Below are positions 1-13,321 of a stretch of DNA of 64,000 nt, piece by piece. Location of the stretch: contig NC_087436.1 of the NCBI RefSeq assembly GCF_036321535.1, positions 10,354,001 through 10,418,000 of the forward strand. The letters are read 5' to 3'. The stretch comes from Camelus dromedarius (taxonomy: Eukaryota). The notes beneath the pieces are model-generated. The model had not been told where the DNA came from and did no database searches. It was given only the letters and a program-made list of their open reading frames with translations. How positions within the stretch are numbered: position 1 is the stretch's first letter; every line of letters begins with the position of its first letter. Position numbers and translations under genes: made by a program.

Positions 1-894
1 CAGACTAAGCCAGATGAACAGGGACAGGCAGATAAGACGGTATATGGAAGAGCTGTAGCTCTCACCTCTTTGGCTGACTGATGGTAAAGTTAATGTATAT
101 AGAAGTTAGACACCAACTACCACTCCTAATTTGCTACTTCATTTAAATAGAATAAATCACAATAGCAAACAATAGAAAAATGATACACCATTCTCCACAG
201 AGTAGTGCTAAACAATTTGCTGGAATTGGTAATCTCTCTTAGATTTAAAAAAAAATTATAACCAATAAATGAAGACCCTGAACTTGGCGCTGAAGTATGC
301 GTTCTGTATCACAACTCAGACTGCCAGTTGTGTGACAATACACTGTGATGATATCTGCAGCTCTGGCTGACTGTATATAATCAGTCACCTTAGTTTTAGG
401 GAGCAGTACTTCAAATAGAATTGTTCCCTAAATTATTAACTTAAATTAAAACCTGACCCCTATTTTCAAATCAATTTCTATTTCTTGAGCAGGTGCTGGA
501 GCCATTTTCAAAGGGACTGTACTTACCTCATTCTCAGGGAGCACTGGCTGATTGCATTATTATGTGACTATTTTGTTAATACAAGGGGACTCCAGGGACC
601 CACTGGATGACTTTTACAGAATTTTATGTGCATTACCAAACCAAGGTAAATTTTCCTATATTACAACAGGAAATAGACATCTTATTTTTATCTTATTCTG
701 TTCAGGGTGATGCTTTGCATATTTCAGGTGCAGAGTTACAATAAACGCCCACGCATCCTAAGAATGACATGGGGAAATTGCATGTTATTCATTTGATTTC
801 AGTGGGCTTTCTATAGCATTTTCTCAGGTTCCTGTCTAGGAAAAGATCAACACCATGTGTCAAAGTGAACTTGTATTGTCGAGTCAGTTAGAAT

Positions 895-1035
895 TTACAG
901 TTACTTAAGCTGTCTGATCATCAGTTGCCTTATCTGTAAAATGGAAAGAAAAATACCTAATCTGTCAGCAAATATTGTGTGAGGGTCAAATTAATATAAA
1001 TGTGCCTAGACAAATACCTGGCAAATAAGGAATTT
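895..1035 (+). mobile_element. MIR SINE fragment
   Basis: Degenerate MIR core/tail: agttacttaa...cagttgccttatctgtaaaatgg...ttgtgtgagggtcaaat...cctggca. Confidence 0.7.
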
Positions 1036-1414
1036 ATACTTATAGACCATTCCCCGCCTTGATTGTGTATTATTTACATTACAGTTGAAAGAACAGAGCC
1101 AAGTCATGAATTGGCCCATTATACTTTTTGCCCTAAAGTAAGATGTTACTATCCTTTTATGTATGTGTATGTATACTGCCTCATTTCACAGAGGATTGAG
1201 ATAATTTATAAAAATATAAAAAAGACAATAAAATTGAAAATAAAATTCAGCTGGCAAATATATTGATAGACTAAAAGTATAAAATTGGAGAGAAAGATAA
1301 TATACAAATTATGAAAAATACACCCTAAGTTCCTATATTTTTTTTTCCCACTAAATAAGGCTGAAAATTTGGCTCTGAGCTCCCAAGGGACCAAAGCAAA
1401 AAGAAAAACAAAAC

Positions 1415-2055
1415 TGAGACAGGATGGAAGTGGGCAGGGCATAGCCATTCAAGGAATGACAGCAATTAACATCAAAATGTTACTCCCATTTGGCCTTGAG
1501 GATTAAGATGGCAGGAGGTTTGACTTCTAGTAGACCTTGAGCTTCATTGTATGCTCATTGCAACATATTAGCATGGTAAATAACATGCCCACAGGTGCCA
1601 TGACAGTCCCAAGGCTAACCGCAAAAGGCCAAAGAATGAATGGGCAGTGGCCCAATTCCTGGGACTTCCTGCCCCTTTCCCAGAGCAGTTGGAATGGTCC
1701 CACCTGTAGGTGTGTGAAGCTACCGAGCCCATAAAAAGTGGCAACATCACACCTCACAGCCCTTTTCTCACTCCCTCATCTTCAGAGACGGCCCACACTC
1801 TGTCTATGGAGTGTGTACCTTTACTTTAACCTGAGCACCCAGTTCCCACACCTCTTTCATTGCCTTTCTCTTGCCTTACACCCTACGCAGTATGTATCTC
1901 TCTAAATAAATCTACCTTCACTCAACTGTGGCTCGCACTTAAATTCTTTCCTGTGCAAAACCAAGGACGCACACTTGGCGGGGCATGTCCCAGGGGCTCA
2001 GCTGAGACCTGGGACACAGCCCTCCTCACGCCCCATGTCTGTTTTTCCTGCATCA
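1415..2055 (+). mobile_element. Solo ERV1-class LTR (641 bp)
   Basis: TG...CA termini (TGAGACAGG...GCATCA), perfect 4-bp TSD AAAC (1411-1414 / 2056-2059), AATAAA near 1905; clearly homologous to the LTR at 17679-18151. Confidence 0.9.
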
Positions 2056-2989
2056 AAACCAGTTTCAAATTTTGATTATCCACTTTAAAATATCATAGCA
2101 ATCGCATGCCAGAAATGAAAATTTTCATCATACTTAGTTTCTAAAAGGGGTTGTATGGCGTATTTTTCAAAGGACATAGTAATGTAGTGGGTAATGGATG
2201 CAATCACATATTCAAAAATACAGCGGGGAATGGGGTTCTGGGAAGATAACAGAGTGGGAGGCACCAGGACCCTGTCTCCCCACCCAGACAACAGTTACAC
2301 TGGCACAGTCTGTCTGATGTAACTGTTCTGGAACTCTGGAGTCTGTTGAAAGCTTACAACTTCCCGGGAAAGGCTTGGATGGTAAATTATGGTTAATTTT
2401 GGTCAATTTCAGCTCTTAGCGCAGTATCAGCGACAACCCACCCCTGCCTAGCCCTGGGGCAGGCAGCAGCCCATGTGTTCTAGGAGCAGTTTGTAGGAGT
2501 CAGGGTGGGCAAAAAGGACCTTGTCCTCCAAATACTGGGCATCTGTGCTCTGACTGCTGATTCCATGCAGACAAAGAGGCAGGTGGCCATTGTTGTTGTA
2601 CCCCAACCCCAACTGTTACAAGCACGTCCTCCTCCAGCCGAAGTGACTCACATTTAAATGGCTGGCATCCTAACCCCCTTTTATTTTTCTCTTTTTTTCT
2701 CTTGTGGGAGCCAGACAGTAGAGACTAGGACATTCAAAAACAACTGTATAAATGGGAGAAATTGGAAAGTCACTATATACATATATGCCTCGGGGAAGTT
2801 GTGGGCTCAGAAAAGACCTGAGATGACCTTAACTTCATGCCCCAGGCCGACCTTCAGCACACAGACAGCCTACAACAACAACAACTAAAAAAATTATAAA
2901 CAAAATTTAAAAATTTTAACAAATCCTGCGGAATGGGAAGAATCTGATTTCCAGAGTTACCACATTATTAGATTCAAAAGTCCAATTTT

Positions 2990-3147
2990 TTAGGGAACTA
3001 TATTCAATATCTTGTAATAACCTTTAATGAAAAAGAGTATGACAGAAAATATATGTATGCATATGCATGACTGGGACATTGTGCTGTTCACCAGAAACTG
3101 ACACATTGTAACTGACTGTACTTCAATAATAATAAAAAAGGCATTTA
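2990..3147 (+). mobile_element. Young lineage-specific L1 3'-end fragment nested in the older L1
   Basis: agggaactatattcaatatcttg...gactgtacttcaat plus A-rich tail; perfect 14-bp TSD AAAAGTCCAATTTT (2976-2989 / 3148-3161). Confidence 0.9.
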
Positions 3148-3199
3148 AAAAGTCCAATTTTCAACAAAATATCCCAAAGCATACAAAGAGACAAGTATG

Positions 3200-4060
3200 A
3201 CCTATTCAAAGGAAAAATAAAATCAACAGAGACTTTCCCTCAAAAAGACTGGATGGCAGATCTACTAGACAAAGACTTTAAAATAGCTGTCTTCAGGATG
3301 CTCAAAGAGCTAAAGAAAGATGTGGAGAAAGTCAAGAAAACTATGGATGAGCAAAATGAAAATATCAGTAATGAAAAAACCTAAAAGGAAACCAAAAAGT
3401 AAATTCTGGAGCTGAAAAGTACAATAACTGAAATGAAAAATTCAGTGGAAGGATTCAAAGACAAATATGAACAGGCAGAAGAAAAGCATTTGCAAATTAG
3501 AAGGACAATGGAAATGATCAAGTTTGAGGAACAGAAAGAAAAAATTATTGAAGGAAAAGGAACAGAGCCTGAGGACCTGCTGAGTCCCATCAAGTGGCAG
3601 AACATACACACGGTGGGATTCCCAGAAGGAGAAGAGAGAGAAGGGGACAGGGAGATCATTTAAAGAAATAACGGCCAAAAACGTCTTAAATGTGATGAAA
3701 TACAAGAAGCTCAACAAACTCTAATATAATGAATTCAAAGATACCAACCTTGGGACATATTATAGTCAAACTTTTGAAAGACAAAGACAAAAAAAAAATC
3801 TTGAAGGTGGCAAGAGAGAAGTACCTTATCACATGCAAGGGCTCCTCAGTAAGATTATCAGCGGGGTTTTTCACCAGAAACTCTGGGGGCCAGAACGCAG
3901 TGAACTGATATATTCAAAGTATACAGAGAAAAAGCCTGTCAGCCGAGACTGCTATGTATCTGCAAAACTGTCCTTCAAAAGGGAGGGAGAAATTAAGACA
4001 TTGCCAGGTAAACACAGGCTGAGGAAGCTCATCACCATAGACCTACCCTAAAAGAAATAT
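3200..4060 (+). pseudogene. Decayed L1 ORF1p coding remnant
   Basis: Frameshifted ORFs 3433-3663 and 3833-4051 with L1 ORF1p coiled-coil, RRM and CTD-like motifs. Confidence 0.8.
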
Positions 4061-6557
4061 GCAAGGGAGTCCTATAAGCTGAAATAAAAGGACACTTGAC
4101 AGCAAACTGAAGCCACATGAAGAAATAAAGACCTCGGTAAAGATAAAGGCAGTTACAAAATCTGATATTATTGTAACAATACTTTGTAACTCCAATTTTT
4201 ATTTTCTATATGATTTAAAAGATTAGTACTTTTAAAAAACAATTATTAGTTTAAAAACTAGCATGTTGAAAGATAAGTGAAAGGGTGGGGATGGAGCTAG
4301 CTGTAAAGGAGCTGAATTTTTTGTGTGTTATTGAAGTTAAGCTAATATAAATTCAAATTAATGTGTTAGAACTTTGGGATACGAATGCAATTCCACTAAA
4401 AATTATTAGAACTACTAAATGAATCACAAAATATGAGGATACATTGTTGTGCGACAAAAGTCAACACACAGAAATCGATCGCATTTCTATACACCAACAA
4501 TGAACAGCTCAAAAAGGAAATTAAGAAAACAGCTTTGTTTACAATAGCATCAAAAAGAATAAAATACTTAAGAATGGATTTAACCAAGGTGGTGAAAGAT
4601 TTCTGAAATGCTACTGAAAGAAATTTAATAAGACATACAAAATGGAAACACATCCCAGGTTCATGGATTGGAAGACAATGTTAAGATATGAGTAACTTAA
4701 TACTTATTGTTAAGATGCCAATACAAAGTGATCTTCAGATTTAATGCAATCTCTGTTAAAGTCTCAATGAATTTTTTTTTGCAGAAACAGAAAATCCCAC
4801 CCTAAAATTAGTATGGAATCTCAAGGGATCCCAAATTGTCAAAACACTCTTAAAATGTAAGAACAAAGCTGGAAGATTCACACTTCCTAATTTCAAAACT
4901 CACTATAACTATAATAATTGAAACAATGTGGTATTGGCCTACAGAGAGAGACACTAACGAATGAAATAAAATAGAGAACCCAGTAATAAACTCTTATTTA
5001 TATGGTCAAATGATTTTTGACAAAGGTGCCAAGACAGTTGAATGGAGGAAGATGAGTCTTTTCAATCTATGGTGGTGAGAAAATTGGATATCTACATGCA
5101 AAAATAGTTTGAAACTTACCTAACACTATACACAAAAATTAACTCAAAATGGATCAAAGACCTAAGTGTAAGATCTAAAACCATAAAATTTTTAGAAGAA
5201 AATAGTGTAAAACCTTCACCACATTAGATTTGGCAATGACTTCTTGGCATTGACACCAAAGACACAGGCAACTAAGGGAAAAATAGACAAACTGGGCTTG
5301 ATAAAAAATTTTTTTAATGTGCATCGAAAGCTTCCATCAACAGAGTAAAAGGCAACCCACAGACTGGGAGAAAATACCTGCAAACCAGATTTCTGGTAAG
5401 GAATTAATATCCAGAATATATAGAGAAGTTCTAAAATTCAGCCACAGCAACAATTACAACAAAAAAAAAAACCCAATTCAAAAATGGCAAAAGACTTGAA
5501 TAGAAATTACTGCAAAAAAAGATATACAAATAGCCAATGGGCACATGCAAAGATGCTCAACATCACTAATCATCAGGAACTTTCACATCAAAGTTACAAT
5601 GAGATGCCAACTCACACCATTAAAGGCCATTATGAAAAAAAAAAAAAAGAAAAGAAAAGAACAAGTGCTGGCAAGGATGTGGAGAAATTGGAATGCTTGT
5701 GCACAGCTTTTAAAAGTTTTTTCTTATAGTTTCTGTAGAAAATAGTACAGCAGTAATTCAAAAAATTAGAAATAGAGTTACTATATAATCCAGCAGTTTC
5801 ACTTCTGGGTCTGTACCCTAAAGAGTTGAAAGCAAGATCTTGAAGATATATTTGTACACTGATGTTCATAGCAGCATTATTCATAAAAGCTAAAATGTAG
5901 AAGCTGTCTGAGTACATACTGATGGATGAACAGGTAGACAAAACATGGTACGCACCACAGGGGAATACTATTCAGCCTTACAGGGGAAGGGAATTCTGAC
6001 ATAGGCTACAGCATGGATGAACCCTGAGGACATTAAGTGAAACAGACTAAACACGAAAAGCCAAATGCCTTGTGATTCCACTTATACCAGATCCTCAGAG
6101 TAGTCAAAATCACAGAGTTAGGAAGGAGACGAGAACAGTGGTTGCCAGGGGCTGGAGGGCTAGAGGAATGGGGTGTTAACGTTTAATGGGTGTAGAGTTT
6201 CCGTTTCACAAGATGAAAGGTGTTCTGGAGGTGGATGGTGGTGATGGTAGCATAGCATAGTGTTTATTACCACTGAACTGTACACCTAAAAATGGTTAAG
6301 GTTTTATGTTATGTTTTATGCTATGTGCATTTTACCACAATTTAAAAAAAATGGGGAAAAGATTGCAAGGAAGACCCCTGAATGAGGTCACAGTGCTGGG
6401 ACTAACACCATGAGCTTGCTCTGCTGGTAGGTGTGCACTCTGACTCCTGGTATATACACGCGGCTCCCACAAAGCTCTGTCCTGACCCTTCTCATCTCCT
6501 TGTGTTTTCTGCTCCAACAGGACAGCATCTGACCAAAACTGACATTCTCCAAAAATA

Positions 6558-7385
6558 CAGACTATTTTTTGGATCAATTCTGGGTTCACAAAAAAATTGA
6601 GCAGAAAGCACAGAGGTCTCCCACCTACTCCTTGACCCCGCACATGCCTACCTCCTGTACGGTCGTTAGCCTGCCCCACAGCGTACAGCTTACAACTGTT
6701 AGAACTGATGAACTGCACTGACACATTATCACCCAAAGCCTATGGTTTACATTAGGGTTCACTCTGGTGTTGTCCATTCTACGGGTTTGGACAAATCTGT
6801 AGTAACGTGTACCCACCATGAGAAAATCACGCAGAGTAGTCTCCACTACCCTGAAAACCTCTGTGCTTTGCCTGTTTCATCCATCTTTCCATCCTAGGTT
6901 ATCCTCCCTCCCTAACCCCTGGCAACCACTGATCCTTTTCTGTGTCCACAGTTCTGCCTTTTCCAGAATGTCATGTAGTTGGAACCATGCAATGCACAGC
7001 CTTTTCAGACTAGCTTCTTTCACTTAGAAATTTGCATTTTCAGGTTCTTCCATGTCTTTTCAGGGCTTGTTAGCTTATTTCTTTGAAGCACTGAATAATA
7101 GCCCATTGTCTGGATGTACCACAGTTTATCCATTCACCTACTGAAGGATATTTTGTTGCTTTATACATCTTAGTAACTATGAATAAAGCTGCAGTAATCA
7201 TCCATGTGCGGGATTTTGGGTGAACATAATTTTTCAGTTCCTTTGAGTAAATACCAAGGAACGCAACTGATGGATCACAGGGTGAGAGTATGTTTAGTTT
7301 TGCTAGAAACAGCCAAACTGCCTTCCAAAATAGTTGCACCATATTTTATTCCCGTCAGCAATGAATGAGAATCCCTGTTGCTCAC
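6558..7385 (-). mobile_element. L1MC-type 3' fragment
   Basis: Minus-strand ORF 7070-7342 (MVQLFWKAVW...LGIYSKELK) is the L1 ORF2 C-terminus; characteristic L1MC1/2 3' UTR (acacattatcacccaaag...ttacattagggttcactct). Confidence 0.85.
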
Positions 7386-7446
7386 ACCTTCATTTTTGGC
7401 TCTTTCCATGCCTCTCACACCTTCATTTTTGGCTCTTTCCATGCCT
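7381..7446. repeat. Perfect 33-bp tandem duplication
   Basis: CTCACACCTTCATTTTTGGCTCTTTCCATGCCT at 7381-7413 and 7414-7446. Confidence 0.95.
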
Positions 7447-7899
7447 CCATTTCCTCTTTTTACTTACTTTTTTTTTTTTTTTGAAACACACTCTCTGAAA
7501 ATGTTTAGCATTTAATATTTTGACCCAGGCTCTGTGTCCTCTGTGTCTGTATCATGCTGCTCACAAGTTAGCCAACGTCACTCCCCTCCAGGAACCCTCA
7601 CCCTCTTCATTGTACATCAGCAGCGGCGAGTTTTGTAGACTGAGGTTACTCAGAGACCAATAACTAAACAAAGGCACAGATCCAGAGAGATCGGTAGACC
7701 ATTGAAACTGGTCTTTGACCTTGAGCACATTTTCAAAGCTGGGTGAACCTGATCAACACTTTCTAAGATCAAACCTCTCTGAGGTACAGGGAACAAAGTT
7801 CAGGGTCTGCCAATGGTTCCGCCTAATAGGAGAGACACATAATTTGCAGCTTTAAAGGATTACATTGTCAGTGTCATGAGGGAATAGAAAAATCTCATC

Positions 7900-8620
7900 T
7901 CCTTTCAGGGGGCTATAAAGAAAATTGTCTTTCATGAAGCATAGCACTTAGAAGAGGGGAAAAATACGTTCCCCTGAGATTTTTTTTTTCACTATAGCTA
8001 GCCTGAATTCACATTATGGCTGGACCAGAATATCTCAAGCTGAGAATTTATTTTAAAGTGATCTCAAGCTGGTAGTGCCCTGAGGTACTGGAAGAAGCAA
8101 ATATAAATCTTCTCTGATGGAACCTAGTTTTAGTTCTCAAAACAATTCCCACAGGTAACGTTCCAAGATATATGAGCTCACAGTCAGAACCCAAAATACA
8201 CAAGGAAATATGGTGTCATATATGAGAGCCAGCAAATTAACCGACAGCTGACTTTGACATGCAAAGGCTTTGGAGTCTGGGAGCATGAAACAGACAACAC
8301 ATTACAAAGTTTTAATGAAATAAGTGAAGAAATTAAATATACTAGTCAAGAAGAAAAGTCTATTAAAACCTATCCAGCAGATTCCAAGAGACCAAATTAA
8401 ACTCCTAGAACAAAAATGATACAATAATATAATAATTGAAATTAAAAAGTCAAGGAATAGGTTTAACAATACACTAGATTTGCTGATAAGAGAACAAATT
8501 TATATAGAATATAGCAAAGAAAGGAAAATGCAACAGAGAAGGGTAGAGACTTGGATGATTGACCGAGAAGGTTTAAAATCTACCTAATCAGAAAAGACAG
8601 GATGAGGTATTCTAGAATCT
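7900..8620 (+). mobile_element. Ancient L1 (L1ME/L1M5-like) 5'/ORF1 relic
   Basis: A-rich degenerate ORF1-like text (aattaaactcctagaac...ataattgaaattaaaaagtcaaggaataggtttaac). Confidence 0.55.
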
Positions 8621-8868
8621 TTTTGTTAATTTCTACCAAAATAAAAGCTTACTGAGATTTTTAATGGCATTGCATTAAAACTACACATCATATTGAGAAG
8701 AACTGGTGTTTTTGTGAATTCTTATCTTTATGAATGTGGTGTATCTATTCATATTTTATTTAAATCTTTTTTCACTGCAGCTGTTCATAGTTTTAGGTAT
8801 GTAGGTTTTATGGGTTATTCTGTTGACTTTATTCCTGAGTATTTTAAGTCTTTAATGCTATTGTAAAC
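8620..8868 (-). mobile_element. Ancient L1 ORF2 fragment, minus strand
   Basis: ttactgagatttttaatggcattgcattaaaactacac...tttattcctgagtatttt resembles antisense L1 ORF2. Confidence 0.55.
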
Positions 8869-9090
8869 AGTAGTGATTTTCAGCTTGTGGGTCGCCCACC
8901 TGAGGGGCATGGGGTCCGATTATATCATGAGCATGTCCCTCCTCCCATCCCGTTGAGGGTCCCTCCTTATGTTTCCAGTTGAAGAGGATCTTTTGTGCTA
9001 GGTTCTGGTCTTTTTTTTTTTTTTTTTTTTTCCCAATGGTTGTTTAGTAGTCAGTTTGGTTTTATTGTAGTCATGAGGAGAGGTGAGCTC
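8868..9090 (-). mobile_element. Isolated 5'-UTR fragment of a cetartiodactyl-type L1
   Basis: Minus strand reads gagctcacctctcctc...gatataatcggacccc...ggtgggcgacccacaagctg, matching the L1 5' UTR start as I recall it from pig/whale L1s. Confidence 0.6.
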
Positions 9091-9344
9091 TTATCATGAA
9101 CCATCATTCAGTTCTGTCAACTGTACCTTCTGAATCCACTGAGTTGGTAGTATGATGTGGTTAATCAGCTTCTCAGGGATTATTTTGTGAAATCAGCCAA
9201 GCAAAGAACACTAAGCAGTGGCTAACTCATCACTCCATCCAAACATCGGCTTCCAGCTCTGTTTCATTCCTTTTGTCTCTCCTGCTGCTGGTGAATGAAT
9301 TGTTTCAGACTATTCTCTTTCCTAGGGATCCTAGGCTAAAACCC

Positions 9345-10850
9345 CTTATGCTTATTGAAGACACTGAATCAATAGTGAAAAACATTCTACACAGAGAATG
9401 CAAGACCCAGATGGCTTTACCGATGAGTTCCCTCAAACTGTTAAGCAGAAAATCATTTCAAGCAACACAGACTCCTCTGAAAAATAACAAAGGATGCCTC
9501 TGTCTCATTTTATGAAGTTATCATAATCTTGATACCTAAACCAGAACATAAGAAAGAAAAAATTGATAGACAGTCTAACTCATAAACATAGATCAAAAAT
9601 CTAAACAAAATGCTAGTAAAACAAATCCACCAATATAGAACAAGATACTAGAACTGACAGATTTGTATTTCTCTCTGGTATATAAGAGTAGATTAAATTT
9701 AGAAAGACATTTTTTGCTTTTCATCACATTTACAGATTTAAGGAGAAAAGTAAAATGTTTATACTAAAGAATGTAGAAAAAAGGGTAAACTTTATCAATT
9801 AGTGATAAACATTCTTTGTAAAATAAAAATATACTTGAATATTCTATAAATGATACAAGAACAGTTACAAAGAAACCTAGGGCATATTTTTGTTATACTT
9901 AATATGTAGTACACAAAAACATTCTTTTCTAGACTAGGGTATCAGATGCCCCCACTTCTATGCAACATGGTCTTGGAGTCTGAGCCACACAAATAGCTCC
10001 AACAGAAGAAATAAAAGGCAGGGGAGAGGAGAGGGTGAAATTGGCAGTTTTTGCAGGAGACGCAGTTTTAAACAGAACAATTCAAAAGCATCTCCAAATA
10101 ATCATAAATAACTAAAAAAGGCTTTGGAAAATTTATGGCTATAAAATCAATATATGACAATAAAATGCAAATTGATAGACTAACAAAAAATTCTAGTACA
10201 CAATAGATAGATCGATCTAGTATCAGGTGAGCAAGAGCTTTGTGAGGAAATTATAAAATTTTATGGAAATACACCTTAAATAGACCTAAGTAAGTAGAGA
10301 AAAATACTTAATATTTAGGACTGAGAGGTAACAATGTTGAAGCTGATATCTAGATTTCATGTAAATTTGACCTCCGTTGCTTCATCTTCAAATATTTTGG
10401 GGCCATCATAAGTGTATTATGTGTTATTGTAAAAGGCAGAAAAGACAAACTGCAAATGTGAATACAACGTTTGCAGAACATATAATTGACATAGGCTTAA
10501 TATACAGAATATACACAGAATATTTAAAAATTAATGAAATACACAAACCTATCAGGAAAAATAGACAGAAATAGTTTAGGCGCCGGAAAGAAAACAAAAT
10601 CACGTACGTTCAATAGGTGTGTGAAAAGTTGTTCAACCTCCTTTTGTAATCAGACAATATAAGCAAGCTCCATAAGATAGTATTTTACTCCCATTTAGCA
10701 AAAACTAAATGTTTTAAAAATATGGAATCTTGGCAAGGATATCTTGCTAAGATTAGCATCCTGCAGGTGGACATTTAAATTGCCACAACAACTTCGCAAA
10801 ATAATTTTTCCTTACCAATAAAATAGAAGGTATGTGCATTTTATGCAAGG
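9345..10850 (+). mobile_element. Ancient L1ME-type ORF2 relic (fragmented)
   Basis: Degenerate ORF2 landmarks in order: gacccagatggctttac, ttgatacctaaaccaga, aacatagatcaaaaatctaaacaaaatgctag, ggctataaaatcaatat, tgaaaagttgttcaacctc. Confidence 0.7.
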
Positions 10851-11643
10851 TTACTCAACAGAGTGGTGAGCATGTGAGGTTTTTCCCATGTGTTCTTTGA
10901 CATACAGACATAAATGTATTTAATGAACATTCTTTTGTATTTACTGATTTAATAGAAAAACAAGATAAAATCGCTCTTTTGAACTACACTGATCACTCAG
11001 ATTTCTTCCTGAGGATACTATGGTTTAAAATGTTTTAATTTAACATTTCAGTATTTTAATGTTCAGGGAAATGCCTTTTCACTGAGTCTGCTAGTGTTTT
11101 GTGTTTGTTTTTTTTTTTTTTTTTGCCTTCTCTGCTTTTAATCACCACAATTCTGTTTTCATGAAAGATTGTTAACTGTAGAAGAAGAGAGATGTTATAA
11201 TAAATACCCCCAGAGACCTAGGGTTGGGGGACTAGGAAAGCCTAGATGGGCGTTCACCTTGAACTCTGGGATTCATTAGCTCATGTCTGTATCCTGTGGC
11301 TGGACCTGTAGACAGGGCGTGCTAAAGTGTTCTCACAGGGTGTCTGTGAGGCAGAAGTAACACTGTTTTCATACTAAGAAGACAAAGCATGACAAGGACA
11401 AGGAGTGAGCAAGACCTCACCTAGACTCGATCATGGTTATGGTACAGCCAGAGAAGACAATGCATTAGGATTGATGTCTGCTGGTTTGGGGGCTTGGAGC
11501 AATACCACGCTTTCCAGGGACATTAGTGTTTATTGTGTCAATGCCCGGACTAACAGCAATAGCAGGAGAACCACAGACATCACTTAGGGGACCTGGAGTG
11601 GGCGAAACAAGAGACGACTCCTAGGCATTTCAGAATAACTGGA

Positions 11644-12060
11644 TGTTTCAGTTAAGGCTCCTGGTTGCAAGAGACAGAAAACCCAAATGGACTGGATTGA
11701 GATACTGTTGCGCCTTTAAGAAGGTCCAACTTACCATCCCCTTTCTGCTGAGCCCTGTTCTCCTCCATGTCTGGTTTCATCCTGAGACTCCCTAGTGCTG
11801 TGACAGTTTCAGGTAGTTTTCACGAACATTCTCCCTGGTTCAAGCCCAGCAGGAAAGGAATCTTTCTGCTATTCGTATGAACCCAACAAAATCTCCACTC
11901 TGACTGGATTAGGCCTGTGCCGTGGGCTTCATTCCCCGAGTCAGGGCTGGAACCCTTTCAGATCACTGGAACCGAGTATGGTTTATTGAAAAATAAAATC
12001 TATGCCCCTTTCTGGGAAAAAGAGAACAGAAAGTACAGAGGAAAACAACAAATACCTATA
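11644..12060 (-). mobile_element. MaLR LTR (MLT1J/K-like), degenerate
   Basis: tgtttcagttaaggctcctggttgcaagagacagaaaaccca is a typical old MLT1 terminus; ctctgactggattagg internal motif. Confidence 0.55.
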
Positions 12061-12183
12061 ATATAGGATGATATTTGTAAGATTAGACATCCTGGATTTT
12101 CCAGATGAGATCATGTACCAGAGAACAAATGGGTCTTTACCGATAATGTGACTCTGCTAATAATATAAAGCCAATACAGAGGA

Positions 12184-12752
12184 TATAGGGGAGGAAAATG
12201 TGCCACCCCAAAATATGTCTCTGTGGCATGGCGGTTGTTTCAAGCTGAAAACAATCAAGGCCCAGAAGACTCAGGAAGAATCTATGACCTTCCCCCTAAC
12301 TGCCTGAAAGAAAGTAGATGGAGGACTTGTTCCAGGAAGGGAGGTACCAGCATGGATCACTATAGTATGAACTAGGTGTGCAGACAGGTGGGAATCTAGG
12401 AACATCTGTTTGTTAACATTGTTCTCTGTGTCCCATGGTCTCTTCCTGGCCCAGCAAACATTTGTTTACCAAACATTTGCTTTTCCATCTCCATGGAAAT
12501 TGCCATCTTTCCCTCTGAAGTCATAAACCATTACCCCCAACATCCTCTTTTGTTTTTAGCTGAAGGTGGTATTTAAGGTGTGGGTTTTGGCCACTTTGGA
12601 GAGGGTGGTCGGTTCTCCTGGGTATTGCCCATGTACATATGTTATTAAATTTTGGTTTGACTTTCTCCTATCAATCCCTCCCATGTCAGTTTGACTCTTA
12701 GACCAGCCAGAAGAACCCAAAAGGGTAGAAGCAACTTTCTTCCTCCCCAACA
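12184..12752 (+). mobile_element. Solo ERV1 LTR, MER34-like
   Basis: aaaatgtgccaccccaaaatatgtctct...ggcat start; ATTAAA near 12644; ends ...agaacccaaaagggtaga...ttcctccccaaca. Confidence 0.8.
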
Positions 12753-13110
12753 GCGACAAGGTCTGGATTACTGATTGCTGGCTGCAATCCAGGGATAATC
12801 TTTCGAGAAAATCAAGCCAAGACTCTTTTGATAAGATGCACTCCTATCACCAGGACCTTGCAAAAGCTCAACATCTAAAACTTCATGATTAGAATATTAT
12901 TGCTTTGATTTAAACCTACTGAAGACCTTGCTCCTGGATAAAATGTAAAATGTCATTTCACACTTAACACTAGAATAAGAATCTGTTTTTCAGAAGCATT
13001 GTGATTAGAGGGAGAAGGAGGGGGTAAGGAAGCAGAAAGGGAGAGCAAAGATCCCAAGGGTAAACTCTGCAAGTTGGCTTCCAGTCTCACCCTCCCCTTT
13101 ATTGTTAGAC

Positions 13111-13321
13111 TAGTGGTTTCCAGCTGCAGGTGGTGGGGGGATTTGGCCAGGTCTGGAGAAGTTTTCGGTTTTCCCAGCTGAGTAGAGCTGTGATGGTGGT
13201 GCTACTGGGTATCTAGCAGGTGGAGGCCAGAGATGGTAAACATCCTATGATGCAAAAGAAGGCCCCTCACAACAGACACTGTCCCACCCACCCTGCCAGG
13301 TACGGAGGCTGAGAACCCTAG
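13111..13321 (+). mobile_element. MER20 (hAT-Charlie) non-autonomous DNA transposon
   Basis: gtctggaga...gtgctactgg..atctag..ggtggaggccagagatg..taaacatccta...gaggctgagaacccta. Confidence 0.75.

Larger units (their letters stand above)
2235..6351 (+). mobile_element. Old L1 (L1MB-like): 5' UTR, decayed ORF1, 3' part of ORF2, 3' UTR and A tail; internally deleted
   Basis: ORF1p-like peptides (3433-3663 NIHTVGFPEGEERE; 3833-4051 AKLSFKREGEIKT), ORF2 C-terminal peptides ([21 protein letters not shown]), L1MB-type 3' end ...aaaaatggttaag...ttttaccacaatttaaaaaaaa. Confidence 0.9.

Noticed and set aside
527..660. Minus-strand coding exon bounded by AG and GTAAGT
   Set aside because: Stops in all three frames.
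7381..7446. CRISPR-like repeat (33 bp)
   Set aside because: Two adjacent copies, no spacer, no cas genes, mammalian DNA.
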